Assembly (NCBI GenBank): GCA_037146775.1
Contig: JBAWWL010000004.1
Coordinates: 22,471-86,470 of the forward strand
Direction: 5' to 3'
Length of the DNA: 64,000 bases
Source: Candidatus Omnitrophota bacterium
Lineage (GTDB): Bacteria > Omnitrophota > Gorgyraeia > Duberdicusellales > 4484-171
The notes beneath the pieces are model-generated. The model ran no database searches and was not told the DNA's origin. It saw only the letters and a list, made by a program, of their open reading frames with translations. The first letter of the stretch is position 1. Each line of letters starts with the position of its first letter. The translations under genes were made by a program, and so were the position numbers. This document shows positions 10,297 through 19,678 of the stretch, piece after piece.

Positions 10297-11190
10297 CTAC
10301 TCGAGATACGCTCCCGAGCCCACGATAAATGTTTCGTTGTTGTAGACGGCCTTACGCACATATGCATGTTTGCGGGATAGCGTAGACTCTCCCGGTTTTG
10401 GCCACATATAATCTATCCAGCCCAAGCCTTTATTAAGCGCAAGCGCAATATATTCCTGCACAAGTAACTTGCCGGTTGAATCCTGGTAGTCCATTAAGTT
10501 TTTTCCTTCTACATTTGGAAAGGCGGGATTAACCAGCTCTACGCCTTTGGGATCATCGACAAATATATATATGTTCATAAAGAGAAACGGGCCGGATTTG
10601 TCCCGAAGAACCGGGAAGGCGTTTTTTCCTTCCTTCTCAATCAAAGCAACTGCATCGTCTACCGCGCTGATAATAAAACATTTTTCTATCTTCATATTAT
10701 ATAATCCGCTGCCAATGACATATGTTTTGCCTGAAGGAGCAACGCAGCGTTTCGCAAAAGTGGTCTTCCACATCGGAAAAATACTTCCCGGCTCTGGCCA
10801 CTGATAATGAAACCATCCTTCGCCCTTATTATCATAACCGGTTGCCACCTCAAGAATATTCTTAATAATCGGCTTATTATTGATGTCTTTCAAGTCAATT
10901 TCGTTCTTGCCTGAAAGTGCGGGGTCGGGATGAACCAGCATATTGCCGTCGGTATCCAAGACAAAAATATACAGATTTCCATGCCGCCAAGCGCTGCCCT
11001 CTTTTTTGAATTCGGTAAATGCGGCCTCGCCCTTACTTGTCACAAGACCGGCGGCGTTTCTTACTAAACTAACCAAGTCCTTGGTTGTCTTATACTGATA
11101 ATCCGATAAATCTTCTGCAGAATGAGCCGGCAGACTGAATAAAAAAATGAAAAGAAATACCCTCACTGCTAACTCAGCTAATTTCTTCAT
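10297..11190 (-). CDS. Secreted tandem Cache-like (sCache_2-type) domain protein
   Basis: 297 aa. N-terminal signal peptide (MKKLAELAVRVFLFIFLFSLPAHSA). Two internal repeats, each with the YIFVxDxxGxxLVHP/NP motif characteristic of single-Cache-2 ligand-binding modules. Confidence 0.5.
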   Translation of the reverse strand: MKKLAELAVRVFLFIFLFSLPAHSAEDLSDYQYKTTKDLVSLVRNAAGLVTSKGEAAFTEFKKEGSAWRHGNLYIFVLDTDGNMLVHPDPALSGKNEIDLKDINNKPIIKNILEVATGYDNKGEGWFHYQWPEPGSIFPMWKTTFAKRCVAPSGKTYVIGSGLYNMKIEKCFIISAVDDAVALIEKEGKNAFPVLRDKSGPFLFMNIYIFVDDPKGVELVNPAFPNVEGKNLMDYQDSTGKLLVQEYIALALNKGLGWIDYMWPKPGESTLSRKHAYVRKAVYNNETFIVGSGAYLE

Positions 11191-11294
11191 TCCAAGTCTC
11201 CTCTTCCTTTATCTGTCGCTAAAAAATAATATCGTAGAGCCCGGAAGAAATATAAGAATAAAACAAATTTCGTGGCCCGGTAAAGTTTTAACAC

Positions 11295-12341
11295 TTACGC
11301 CTTAATAAATTTTACCTGCCTAAATAACTGGAACAGACGGCTAAAAGGCACATACCACTTGGAAAGTTGCCCTAATTGGCCATGAAGCTTCATCTTGCCT
11401 TGAGTTACTGCCACAAAGGAGTCTAGTTTACCTAAAAATATCTGCTCCCAAACAGGGGCGGGACCGGAGATAATAAAAGGTGCGTCGGCATCACAATCTA
11501 ACCTGATAATTTTTCCTTTCTCAAAATTGAATCTGTATGCTTTGTCGGTATCATCCAATTTAATCGCTAATTTTAGCGTTAGATCGAGCTCTTTACCTTT
11601 CGTGGCGATAAATTCATCTTTATTCACCAAATCCACAATCGCCTGAACATGTTCTCGTGAAAACATCGGATAAGCCGATTCACTTTTTGTAAGATTTTCT
11701 TTTAATGCACTGTCTAATTCGTCGAACATTTCTTTGTTAAAAAGACGGGCCAGCGCAGCAACCCTGATCGCCTCTTCCAGCGTTTCAATTAAAGCTAAAA
11801 CATCTTCGAACTTCTCTCCCACAGAAATAACACCATGGTTTTTCAGGATAACCAGGTTATTGGATCTCAAAGCATCAATTACCAGCTGCGGTTTTGTCAC
11901 CGTAGGGGTATCCTGCGCTACAACAGGAATCTCGCCTAAATAAAATTTTGTTTCGAAAGTGAGCGCTTTTAAGTTTTTTTCGACCGCAAAATATCCGTTG
12001 ATTAAGGGCGGATGAGCATGCACAACTGTTTTGGCGGGGAAATTTTTATAGACCAAGCTGTGTAAAGGTAATTCCGAACTTGGTTTCTTTAACGCTGCTG
12101 AATTAAGGGTATTTAAATTAACTTTAACAATGTCTTCTTCTTTTAAATCGCCCAGAAAAGTACCGGTTGCGGTAATAAAAATATTTTCCGAGTCTAACGC
12201 AGCGCTGATATTTCCCGACTTAGCCACACAAAGGCCTGCCTGATAGAGCCGTCTACCAACCTTGATAATTGCATCTTTTATTAACGCTTCATTTGTCATT
12301 TGAATTTTTACATCTGTCATTCGTATTGCATTATTTGTCAT
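11295..12341 (-). CDS. Class II aldolase/adducin-family protein (MtnB-like methylthioribulose-1-P dehydratase candidate) fused to a C-terminal SCP2 sterol-carrier domain
   Basis: The N-terminal ~200 aa match the class II aldolase fold (GNISA..., HxHP metal ligands in VVHAHPP). The C-terminal ~110 aa resemble SCP2 (KLHGQLGQLSKW). The start is ambiguous (ATG at 12341, 12320 or 12299); 12341 overlaps the mtnA stop by 11 nt. Confidence 0.65.
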   Translation of the reverse strand: MTNNAIRMTDVKIQMTNEALIKDAIIKVGRRLYQAGLCVAKSGNISAALDSENIFITATGTFLGDLKEEDIVKVNLNTLNSAALKKPSSELPLHSLVYKNFPAKTVVHAHPPLINGYFAVEKNLKALTFETKFYLGEIPVVAQDTPTVTKPQLVIDALRSNNLVILKNHGVISVGEKFEDVLALIETLEEAIRVAALARLFNKEMFDELDSALKENLTKSESAYPMFSREHVQAIVDLVNKDEFIATKGKELDLTLKLAIKLDDTDKAYRFNFEKGKIIRLDCDADAPFIISGPAPVWEQIFLGKLDSFVAVTQGKMKLHGQLGQLSKWYVPFSRLFQLFRQVKFIKA

Positions 12342-13275
12342 TTATCTCTAAATAAATATGTTCCGTGATCAGATTATTCGGTGTTACATCAAATGCCGGA
12401 TAATAACCTTTGACGCCCTTTGCAGCCAACCGCAAACCTTGATATTCTAAAAGCTCGTTCTCCGGTCTTATTTCTATTTTTATGTCTTTTCCGGTTTTAG
12501 CGCGTGAAGGCGGAGGGCACAAAACATAAAAAGGAATACCGAAATGCTTGGCTAAAATTGCAATCTGATATGTCCCTATTTTATTGGCAATATCGCCGTT
12601 TAAAGCTAAATTATCCGCACCAACAATAACCTTGTTGGCTTTTTTCTCATACATTACCTGCGCCACCATATTATCGGCAATGACGGTAACGTCAAGACCG
12701 GCCTTTTTAAGTTCCCAGGCAGTTAAACGCGCGCCTTGTAAATACGGCCTGGTCTCGGTCACAAAAAAGCTGATATTTTTATTTCCGTGCCGGCAAAATT
12801 GTCCGATTAAGGACATCAGACCGCTGACGTTACAATGCGTAAGCACCACATCATTATCGTTAAGCAACAGACTGGCATCTTGTGCCTGTTGAATACGTTT
12901 CTGCTTTAATATTTCTAAAAAGCCAAGAATATTTTTTTCTAACGGCTCTCCGGCACAGTGCCAACCCAATACCATATCAGTCAGATATTTAAAAGAAAGG
13001 GTGGGCCGGGTAGCGTTAATCTGCGCTGCGGTTTCATGTAAAATCGGCGTAAGGTTCTTTTTATTTTTATTTTTTCTGATCACCAAAAGAAAAGTATATA
13101 ACACCAAGATAACCTGGCCGACTGCGCGCGTTTTCATTTCTTTAATTGCGCGGCAAGCCTGCTCACAATTGTCGGCTTTGATATATTTTATTTTGCGAGG
13201 AAGAAGTGTCTCGTCAAGAATATAAATAGCCTTATTTTTAAATTGGATCGGCCAAAATAATGGTGAAAACTTCAT
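12331..13275 (-). CDS. mtnA: S-methyl-5-thioribose-1-phosphate isomerase (eIF-2B alpha/beta/delta family)
   Basis: Trimmed to MKFSPLFWPIQFKNKAIYILDETLLP... and contains ...TETRPYLQGARLTAWEL...GADNLALNGDIANKIGTY, signature blocks of MtnA/eIF2B. The longer ORF-track N-terminus would overlap the next gene. Confidence 0.8.
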   Translation of the reverse strand: MKFSPLFWPIQFKNKAIYILDETLLPRKIKYIKADNCEQACRAIKEMKTRAVGQVILVLYTFLLVIRKNKNKKNLTPILHETAAQINATRPTLSFKYLTDMVLGWHCAGEPLEKNILGFLEILKQKRIQQAQDASLLLNDNDVVLTHCNVSGLMSLIGQFCRHGNKNISFFVTETRPYLQGARLTAWELKKAGLDVTVIADNMVAQVMYEKKANKVIVGADNLALNGDIANKIGTYQIAILAKHFGIPFYVLCPPPSRAKTGKDIKIEIRPENELLEYQGLRLAAKGVKGYYPAFDVTPNNLITEHIYLEINDK

Positions 13276-13286
13276 ATGTTTTTTGC

Positions 13287-14099
13287 TTAATGATTCGTTA
13301 AATGTTCTCGGTAGTGTGCTGATATTTTTTGTGTCAGCACACCGGGGGAACCTTGCCCTATTTTTTTGCTTCCACATTCTACCAAGGGCATTACCTCAAG
13401 GAGCGCGCTGGACAAAAATGCTTCATCGCTATCGTATAAATCTTCCAAAGTCAATTCCGCCTGACGGACTTTCAGCCGTAATTTTAATAAATCTTTCATT
13501 ATGATTTGCCTGGTAATACCGGCGAAAGCGCCCGACTTATCGGAAGAAGTAAAAATCTGTTTTCCCTTTACCAGAAATAAGTTGCTGCGCGAGCCGCCGA
13601 TAAGATAATTTTGCTGATTCAATAGAAGCGCTTCGTCTTTGTTTACTTTCTGCGCCTGATACCAAGACATTCTATTTTCCATAAAACTTAATGATTTTAT
13701 TTGCGCAAAAGGGCTTTGAGTAGCTTTGCGATAAGGGGAAACTATTGCCGTGAAACCCTTTGCGTAGGCACTCTCCGGATAATAGCCAAAAGTGTCGGCA
13801 TAAATGGTGACGCCGGTAGAATTTCTTTTCTTATACGCTGTGATACGAATATAGGCTTCACTTAAATCGTTTACCTTGAGTAATTCTCGAAGTATCTGTT
13901 CGAAATCCAACGCTACCTTATCCATGTCTAAGACGGCTAAGCCATCATTCAATCGCTGGATGTGTAAATCAAGAAATGGGATTGTACCGCCATAAGCCCG
14001 CAGTGTTTCAAAAACACCCCAGCCGAAAAGAAACCCCGGCTCAAATATTTCCGTAAGTGTTTCTTTTTCAACAAAAGCTGTATTACAAAAAACTTTCAT
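13287..14099 (-). CDS. Class IV aminotransferase (PabC / branched-chain / D-amino-acid aminotransferase family)
   Basis: 270 aa, fold-type IV PLP enzyme pattern (FGWGVFETLRAY..., EAFLSSALLEVMPL). The length favours aminodeoxychorismate-lyase-like. Confidence 0.7.
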   Translation of the reverse strand: MKVFCNTAFVEKETLTEIFEPGFLFGWGVFETLRAYGGTIPFLDLHIQRLNDGLAVLDMDKVALDFEQILRELLKVNDLSEAYIRITAYKKRNSTGVTIYADTFGYYPESAYAKGFTAIVSPYRKATQSPFAQIKSLSFMENRMSWYQAQKVNKDEALLLNQQNYLIGGSRSNLFLVKGKQIFTSSDKSGAFAGITRQIIMKDLLKLRLKVRQAELTLEDLYDSDEAFLSSALLEVMPLVECGSKKIGQGSPGVLTQKISAHYREHLTNH

Positions 14100-14130
14100 A
14101 AGAATGTGGTTGACCGGCTAAAAAAAGAAG

Positions 14131-15012
14131 CTATAAATGAAAGAGCGTAAGAAAATTTTTATGCGCGATTTTCTCGGCACAGCCGCTATCAAGCGCGGCA
14201 ACCGCTTTTAAACTTTCCTGGATGTTCATGTTTGCCGGATAATCGGATCCCCAAAGAATTTTGTCTTCCCCAAACATCTCAATAGCCAACCTGATATTTT
14301 GCAGCGATGAGCCGGAAGCATCAACATAAACTTTGCTTAAAATCTGAGAAGGAAGCTTGCCTAAATCTTTTACCATTTCGCGTTTGCGTAGCATCGTGTA
14401 CACCCGATCAAATCTATCTCTCAAAAATGGGGCAACGCCGCCTAAGGATGAAAAAATGAATTTTATGTTAAATTTTTCTAGGATTCCTTCCATCATCAAA
14501 AGGCCGAGAAACATAGTGCTGTCGAAGCTGTATTCGAGAACCGGCATCAACAGCGGGTCTTTGATGCGCTCGAAACCAATAGGATTTATGGTTTGCGGAT
14601 GAACAAAAATAACCAAATTGTTTTTTTCTGCCGCTTCGAACAAAGGTTGTAATTTCTCCAAAATAAATTTGCCGTCATCACTCGAGGCAATGCTAATTCC
14701 TCTGCATCCTTCTTCCCGTAAATGCCTTACTTGTATAGCTATGTTGCCGCTTAAATCCACTATACCACAAGCAACAAATCTCTGGTCATCTTCAATCAAT
14801 GCCCCCAAAGAAGAGTTATACACTTCGCAAAGCTTTGGCCAACCAAGCTTTAAATGTGCGTCGGTGGCAGGGTATACTAAGAGCGCTTTCTGAATATCGC
14901 TGGTATCCAAAAATTCCAGTAACCTCTTTTTATCCATCCAGATACCCTGGTAAAAAGAGGTGTGCTCTGCTATTGGCGGTGGAATAAAATGAATATGACT
15001 ATCACACAGCAT
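14131..15012 (-). CDS. Amidohydrolase_2 (PF04909) TIM-barrel metal-dependent hydrolase
   Basis: 293 aa with an N-terminal DSHIHF metal-binding motif and C-terminal WGSDYP, as in ACMSD-like amidohydrolases. No Shine-Dalgarno at 15012; the start is uncertain. Confidence 0.65.
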   Translation of the reverse strand: MLCDSHIHFIPPPIAEHTSFYQGIWMDKKRLLEFLDTSDIQKALLVYPATDAHLKLGWPKLCEVYNSSLGALIEDDQRFVACGIVDLSGNIAIQVRHLREEGCRGISIASSDDGKFILEKLQPLFEAAEKNNLVIFVHPQTINPIGFERIKDPLLMPVLEYSFDSTMFLGLLMMEGILEKFNIKFIFSSLGGVAPFLRDRFDRVYTMLRKREMVKDLGKLPSQILSKVYVDASGSSLQNIRLAIEMFGEDKILWGSDYPANMNIQESLKAVAALDSGCAEKIAHKNFLTLFHL

Positions 15013-15030
15013 AATTTTAGATGACCGATA

Positions 15031-15140
15031 ACAGAGGTCAGAAGACAGATGTCAGATGACAGAAGATAAAAAAATGATTTTGTCTTTATTCTGTTTTCTT
15101 AAGTCTGTCCTCTGACTTCTGATTTCTGACTTCTGTCTTT
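15031..15140. repeat. Intergenic imperfect inverted repeat, family 1 copy A (CAGANG(T)CAGA iterations ... ACAGAAGATAAA ... GTCTGTCCTCTG)
   Basis: The left arm cagaggtcagaagacagatgtcagatgacagaag (15031..15067) and the right arm gtctgtcctctgacttctgatttctgacttctgtcttt (15104..15140) are approximate reverse complements. Related copies occur at 20481..20548 and 24325..24416. Confidence 0.5.
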
Positions 15141-15143
15141 CGA

Positions 15144-16601
15144 CTATATGTGCTTCTCTCCCTTCACTGCTCCTGCTTCCCACTTAGAAACACCACGCAT
15201 AACATCCTGGAAGCAAAGTTTTGCCAGTTGATCAAAGTTACTGGTCATAATTCTCTGGATGCGTCCAGGCTTAGAGAAAAATTCCCGCATACACCACGCA
15301 CCGAGCCTTCCGTAATCTTCAAGAGAAAGATGCGTAGTGCGCATGACCGGATGGAGAAAATCCCATTTAAGAAAATCGATCTTTTTAATATCTATCTCTC
15401 CCCGCTTAACCCTCTGCCTCCAGATAGGTGAATTCGGGGCCGGAGTAACATAACCAACCCATAAAATATCCGGGTCTACCTCGTCGGTAAACTCGAATCT
15501 TTGCTTTATGGAGTACTCGGTATCATCATCAAAACCCATCATAATATCAGCCACAATAGCAATATTCTGGGCGCGCAAAATATCAATGGTTTTCTTAATC
15601 TGGTCAATCGTGATGCCTTTGGCTATTTTTTTAAGTTCCTCGGGCGTAGTAACCTCAATGCCAAATACCCCCATGAACATGCCGGTTTCTTTCATGAGGG
15701 GTAAAATCTTCTCGCAATTAACCCAATCAACGGCTCTGCCTAAAGAAACCCATTTAATGGGATTATTCTTCTCTTTTTTCAATTTACAGAATTTCTCAAC
15801 CCTGTCAGGATTGACATTAAAATTATCGTCCTGGATAACTACAACTTTGGTGCCCATTTTATGCAGAAGCTCCAACTCTTCAATCACACGCTGGGGAGAT
15901 TTTGCCCGCCAGGTAAGAAAATCCTGCGGAGAACGGGGATCATATTGATCCCATTCGTAACAAAATGTACAAGCCGAAGGGCAGCCACGAGAAGTCATCA
16001 TTTCTACAAATGGTTTCCAGAAAGTATGCCCGACGTATTTATCCATCGGAAATAAATCGTACGCGGGAAGAGGCAGTGTATCCAGATCTTGCAATAATGG
16101 TTTATGCGGGCCCATGACTGGTTTACCGTCTATCCGACTGGTAACGCCGGCAACGTCTTTCATGTTTTTCCCTTTATCTATCGCCGCAATCAAATCGCAG
16201 AAAGACTCTTCCTCTCCCATAACCACATAATCTATCGCCGGATTGTCTTCCAAGGTCTGAACCGGCAAAGCGGAATACCAGAGGCCTCCCATAACTATCT
16301 TTACTTTGGGTAAAACTTGTTTTATTCTTGCGGCAGCCTGGTTAAAATACCAGATTATACCAAAACCTACTGAACAATGAATCATATCGCCGAGGACAAC
16401 TACGTCAGGATTTTTTTCCTTAACTTTTGCGGCGAGCTCTTCAATGGGGATTCCTAAGACGGTCGCATCCAAGACTTCCAGATTATTATAACCTTTTTCG
16501 CGAATATACGCTCCCCACTGGGCATAAAGCTGGTTAGGTGCAAAGTGGTTACCATGCGTTGCCCAAGCGCCGACTTTTGGCATAACGAAAAGAATTTTCA
16601 T
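15144..16601 (-). CDS. B12-binding radical SAM protein (class B radical SAM)
   Basis: 485 aa. N-terminal cobalamin-binding Rossmann-like domain followed by a radical-SAM CxxxCxxC motif (SRGCPSACTFCYEW). Confidence 0.85.
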   Translation of the reverse strand: MKILFVMPKVGAWATHGNHFAPNQLYAQWGAYIREKGYNNLEVLDATVLGIPIEELAAKVKEKNPDVVVLGDMIHCSVGFGIIWYFNQAAARIKQVLPKVKIVMGGLWYSALPVQTLEDNPAIDYVVMGEEESFCDLIAAIDKGKNMKDVAGVTSRIDGKPVMGPHKPLLQDLDTLPLPAYDLFPMDKYVGHTFWKPFVEMMTSRGCPSACTFCYEWDQYDPRSPQDFLTWRAKSPQRVIEELELLHKMGTKVVVIQDDNFNVNPDRVEKFCKLKKEKNNPIKWVSLGRAVDWVNCEKILPLMKETGMFMGVFGIEVTTPEELKKIAKGITIDQIKKTIDILRAQNIAIVADIMMGFDDDTEYSIKQRFEFTDEVDPDILWVGYVTPAPNSPIWRQRVKRGEIDIKKIDFLKWDFLHPVMRTTHLSLEDYGRLGAWCMREFFSKPGRIQRIMTSNFDQLAKLCFQDVMRGVSKWEAGAVKGEKHI

Positions 16602-16650
16602 TGTACTCCCCCTTTTTGTGTTGTGCGACGGCGCATTAAAGCACCGGTAT

Positions 16651-17424
16651 TTATTTCTCTGGATGTTCCTGCTTATATGGTATCACCGGTTTGGTCCAGG
16701 GCGTTTGTTGATTTATAACTGCGATCTCTAAAGGACACACATTCGCCGGAACCGTCAAAGCAAACCGTACTGCATTTTCAATCGCTTCGGTGGTCATCAG
16801 ACGCGAAGCGTCTGCAGTTATTTCCTGCAATTTACCGGTTAAGTCGGTATCAGTAACCCCGGGTAAGATTGACGTAACCTTTATACCCCGATCGCGCAAT
16901 TCCCAAAATAATCCTTTTGAAAAAGCCCGTAAACCAACCTTAAGCGAACTATATACGATAAAGTTTCTGGGTAATGGGTCGCAAAGAGTCGAACCAGAAA
17001 CCATATTAATAATTGCTCCTGATTTCTTAGCTATCATATCATTGATCACTAGGCGGATTAAACGCACATAGCCCAGATAGTTAGTGTGCGCTAAGCGCTC
17101 AAAGTCCTCGATAGGCTGTTTCTCGAAAGGATACTGGCTGGAAACACCGGCGTTATTAATTAAAATATCAATATCGCCGAACGTTTCTTTCGCTTTGTTA
17201 ACCAGGTTTTCTAAGTCATTAAGCTTGGTTACGTCGCAGACTACTGGCAGAACTTTTACTTTGTATTTTTTTGCGAGCTCTTCGGCTGTTTCTTTAAGCG
17301 GGCCTTCCTGGCGCGCGGCAATAACTAGATTTATACCCAGGCTTGCGGCAGTCGACGCTATGGCTTTACCGATTCCGCGGCTTGCTCCGGTAACAACAGC
17401 AGTTTTATTCTTTAGGTTGCTCAT
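16651..17424 (-). CDS. Short-chain dehydrogenase/reductase (FabG-like ketoreductase)
   Basis: 257 aa with TGASRGIGKAIA (TGxxxGxG) and NNAG plus YxxxK catalytic motifs. Confidence 0.85.
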   Translation of the reverse strand: MSNLKNKTAVVTGASRGIGKAIASTAASLGINLVIAARQEGPLKETAEELAKKYKVKVLPVVCDVTKLNDLENLVNKAKETFGDIDILINNAGVSSQYPFEKQPIEDFERLAHTNYLGYVRLIRLVINDMIAKKSGAIINMVSGSTLCDPLPRNFIVYSSLKVGLRAFSKGLFWELRDRGIKVTSILPGVTDTDLTGKLQEITADASRLMTTEAIENAVRFALTVPANVCPLEIAVINQQTPWTKPVIPYKQEHPEK

Positions 17425-17875
17425 CCAATATCCCTCCTCTTATCGGAAATTTGCTCAATTCCGAACGTAGGTCCTCCGCCGCTTTCCGGAAATCTGCCTG
17501 GGTCAGCTGTAAATCTACCCAAAGATCGTTCATTTCTCCGTCATAAAGAGCCCAGGAAGGCCTTACGCTATATTCAAAATATATCCGCAAATTAATATAA
17601 TTTCCTGATTTACCATTTATAATAAATCGCAGGTGCGGCTTGGCAAATTTTTTTTCCGTTTCGGTTTCCTCGTCTGCCGCCAAAGCTTGGAACCAATTAA
17701 TTATACTGTCGATTTCGAATGTTTGCAGGGCCGGATCAAAAACCTTCCAGTAACCATAGGGAGTGCTGACATAGAGACCAACGATCAGCCAGTTATCTTT
17801 GCGCACGGGCGGAATTTCGTATGCGCGAATCATGAGCCCGAATTCCGAACCGTGAGGACCTTTTAAAATTAGCAT
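17405..17875 (-). CDS. Hypothetical protein (no recognisable domain)
   Basis: 156-aa ORF co-directional with the cluster and overlapping the SDR start by 20 nt. No motif recognised by eye. Confidence 0.45.
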   Translation of the reverse strand: MLILKGPHGSEFGLMIRAYEIPPVRKDNWLIVGLYVSTPYGYWKVFDPALQTFEIDSIINWFQALAADEETETEKKFAKPHLRFIINGKSGNYINLRIYFEYSVRPSWALYDGEMNDLWVDLQLTQADFRKAAEDLRSELSKFPIRGGILDEQPKE

Positions 17876-17948
17876 ATACTTACTACTCTTTACACGAAAA
17901 CTTTAGATAATATATTACCTGCAACATTGTATAATAATATCGTATTTA

Positions 17949-19070
17949 TTATGTTTTTACAACAAAATATCTGCTCGTAAATAATAATCCCGCCAGCCCT
18001 GAGCCCAGCGTTATAAAGCCGAGCATAAAACTTTTGTGCATAAGCCAGCCGGAAAAAACTACACCGCAGGCTCCGGCAATAAAACGTACTCCGCTGTTTA
18101 AGCTCGCGGCTTCGTTAAGCATATTCTTAGGTAAATCGGTAAGTGCCGCAGAAATGCCCGCGTGATTGAACGTCCAGCCCAAGCCCCACACAAGCATTAA
18201 GAGTACTAATATGGCGAGTGGACTTTTTACCAACAATAAGAATGCGCTTATAATCATAAGCGCTATCCCGACATCGGCGGTTTTCCTGCGGCCAAGTATA
18301 TCGGAAAGCCAACCACCGATCGCCTCTCCAAAAATACCGCTTAAGCTTGTCAATGTTATCAACATACTGATAAGAAACTGGTTCATTGAAAATGTGGCAG
18401 CAAAGTAAACGGAAAGCCATTGCTGTATGCCATGGTAGAATAAACTGACAAAAAATATGTAGGCAAATATCGAAATGATTGTCTTGTCTCGCAATACTGT
18501 CATGTATGGAATTTTTCTGCTGCTTCGCTGTACCACACACGAAGGCAGCCACAGATACATCAACAGCCATACTATAAAACCGATTATTGCGGGAATTAAA
18601 AAAATCATTCGCCACGGCATAATACCACTTGAGAATAATCCTGCCAGTGATGCGACAAAGGTGGCACTAAAAAATATCCCTACCAATTTTCCGCGATTTT
18701 TAGCTTCGACGCTATGGCCGATAAGAATCAAAATGAGCGGCACTACTGAAGCGCCAAAAATACCCATTAAAAAGCGTGCAAGAAATAACATATCAAGGGT
18801 GGGCGATAAAGCCGCCAGTAAGTTTGCTGCCGAAAAAAGGAAAAAACATACTAATTCGATCCTTTTTGCGTCAAACATATTCGCCAATGGCCCATAAAAA
18901 AGAGCGGCAACACCGTAAGGGAGCATATAAAGCCATACAATTCTGCCGGCAACGAAGAACTCGACGCCGAAATCACCGGCTATTGAAGGGATAAGAGCGG
19001 CGCAGGCGGCAACATTGAAAGATAAAACCGCGCCCTCTAAACAAAGTATTATAAAAGTAAGTTTTCTCAT
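17949..19070 (-). CDS. Major facilitator superfamily transporter
   Basis: 373 aa with about 11-12 predicted hydrophobic helices. MFS signature-like GxLaDrxGrkxxl region (GGWLSDILGRRKT). Confidence 0.8.
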   Translation of the reverse strand: MRKLTFIILCLEGAVLSFNVAACAALIPSIAGDFGVEFFVAGRIVWLYMLPYGVAALFYGPLANMFDAKRIELVCFFLFSAANLLAALSPTLDMLFLARFLMGIFGASVVPLILILIGHSVEAKNRGKLVGIFFSATFVASLAGLFSSGIMPWRMIFLIPAIIGFIVWLLMYLWLPSCVVQRSSRKIPYMTVLRDKTIISIFAYIFFVSLFYHGIQQWLSVYFAATFSMNQFLISMLITLTSLSGIFGEAIGGWLSDILGRRKTADVGIALMIISAFLLLVKSPLAILVLLMLVWGLGWTFNHAGISAALTDLPKNMLNEAASLNSGVRFIAGACGVVFSGWLMHKSFMLGFITLGSGLAGLLFTSRYFVVKT

Positions 19071-19096
19071 TTATTATTGATTGCGTTGATTAGATA

Positions 19097-19150
19097 CAGA
19101 TTACACAGATTTTTATAATCGGTGCAATCATTGTCCTAATCTGTGTAATC
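19097..19150. repeat. Perfect 12-bp-stem hairpin (gattacacagat/atctgtgtaatc), family 3; shares the 18-mer tcctaatctgtgtaatca with 26089..26106
   Basis: Stem arms at 19099..19110 and 19139..19150. The right arm overlaps the stop codon of the SRPBCC gene. An identical 18-mer recurs 7 kb away. Confidence 0.45.
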
Positions 19151-19619
19151 ATTTCATCGTAGAGATTTCTTTTTCAATTACTTCCTTAAAAATTTTTAAA
19201 TTGTCTTTTGAATGTTTATTAATAAAGCCTTCGACCTGTTCATCATTGAATTTCGCTTTTTCATCCATCTCAAAATGCTGGATCCAAGTCATCTCAATGC
19301 CTGTGGTGCGCGGGGTATACAACCAGATGATTTTCATAAACTTAAAAGGAAACTTCGGCTCTTCTCTTTCGGCATAGGCAAGATATTTATCTTTAAATAA
19401 TAAGCGCCATGATTGCCAACTGCGATTTTCGTCATCGGTAAGTTTAAAAGTAATTTTATTGTTTTCCTTTTTAACAACCTCGGCCTTTTTATATTCTCCG
19501 CCGAACAGCTCTGTCCAGCGCGTAATATCATTAGAAATATCAAAGATCTTTTCGTAGGGTGCATTGATAACAATTGAATTAACTGTATGTCCCATTTGTT
19601 CCTCCTTTATATTGTTCAA
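19149..19619 (-). CDS. SRPBCC (START/Bet v1-like, polyketide cyclase/dehydrase family) protein
   Basis: 156 aa, the size and pattern of Polyketide_cyc2-type proteins. Lies adjacent to the cyclase, ACP and KS genes. Confidence 0.6.
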   Translation of the reverse strand: MNNIKEEQMGHTVNSIVINAPYEKIFDISNDITRWTELFGGEYKKAEVVKKENNKITFKLTDDENRSWQSWRLLFKDKYLAYAEREEPKFPFKFMKIIWLYTPRTTGIEMTWIQHFEMDEKAKFNDEQVEGFINKHSKDNLKIFKEVIEKEISTMK

Positions 19620-19626
19620 AGTTTAG

Positions 19627-19678
19627 AGTTCAATGTTCAATGAATACTCTCTGAACACTGAACGTTTAACATTGAACT
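19627..19678. repeat. Hairpin with 11-bp perfect stem (agttcaatgtt/aacattgaact), family 2 (GTTCAAYG half-sites); related copy at 41609..41639
   Basis: Seen directly in the sequence. The right arm overlaps the stop codon of the cyclase gene. Confidence 0.4.
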
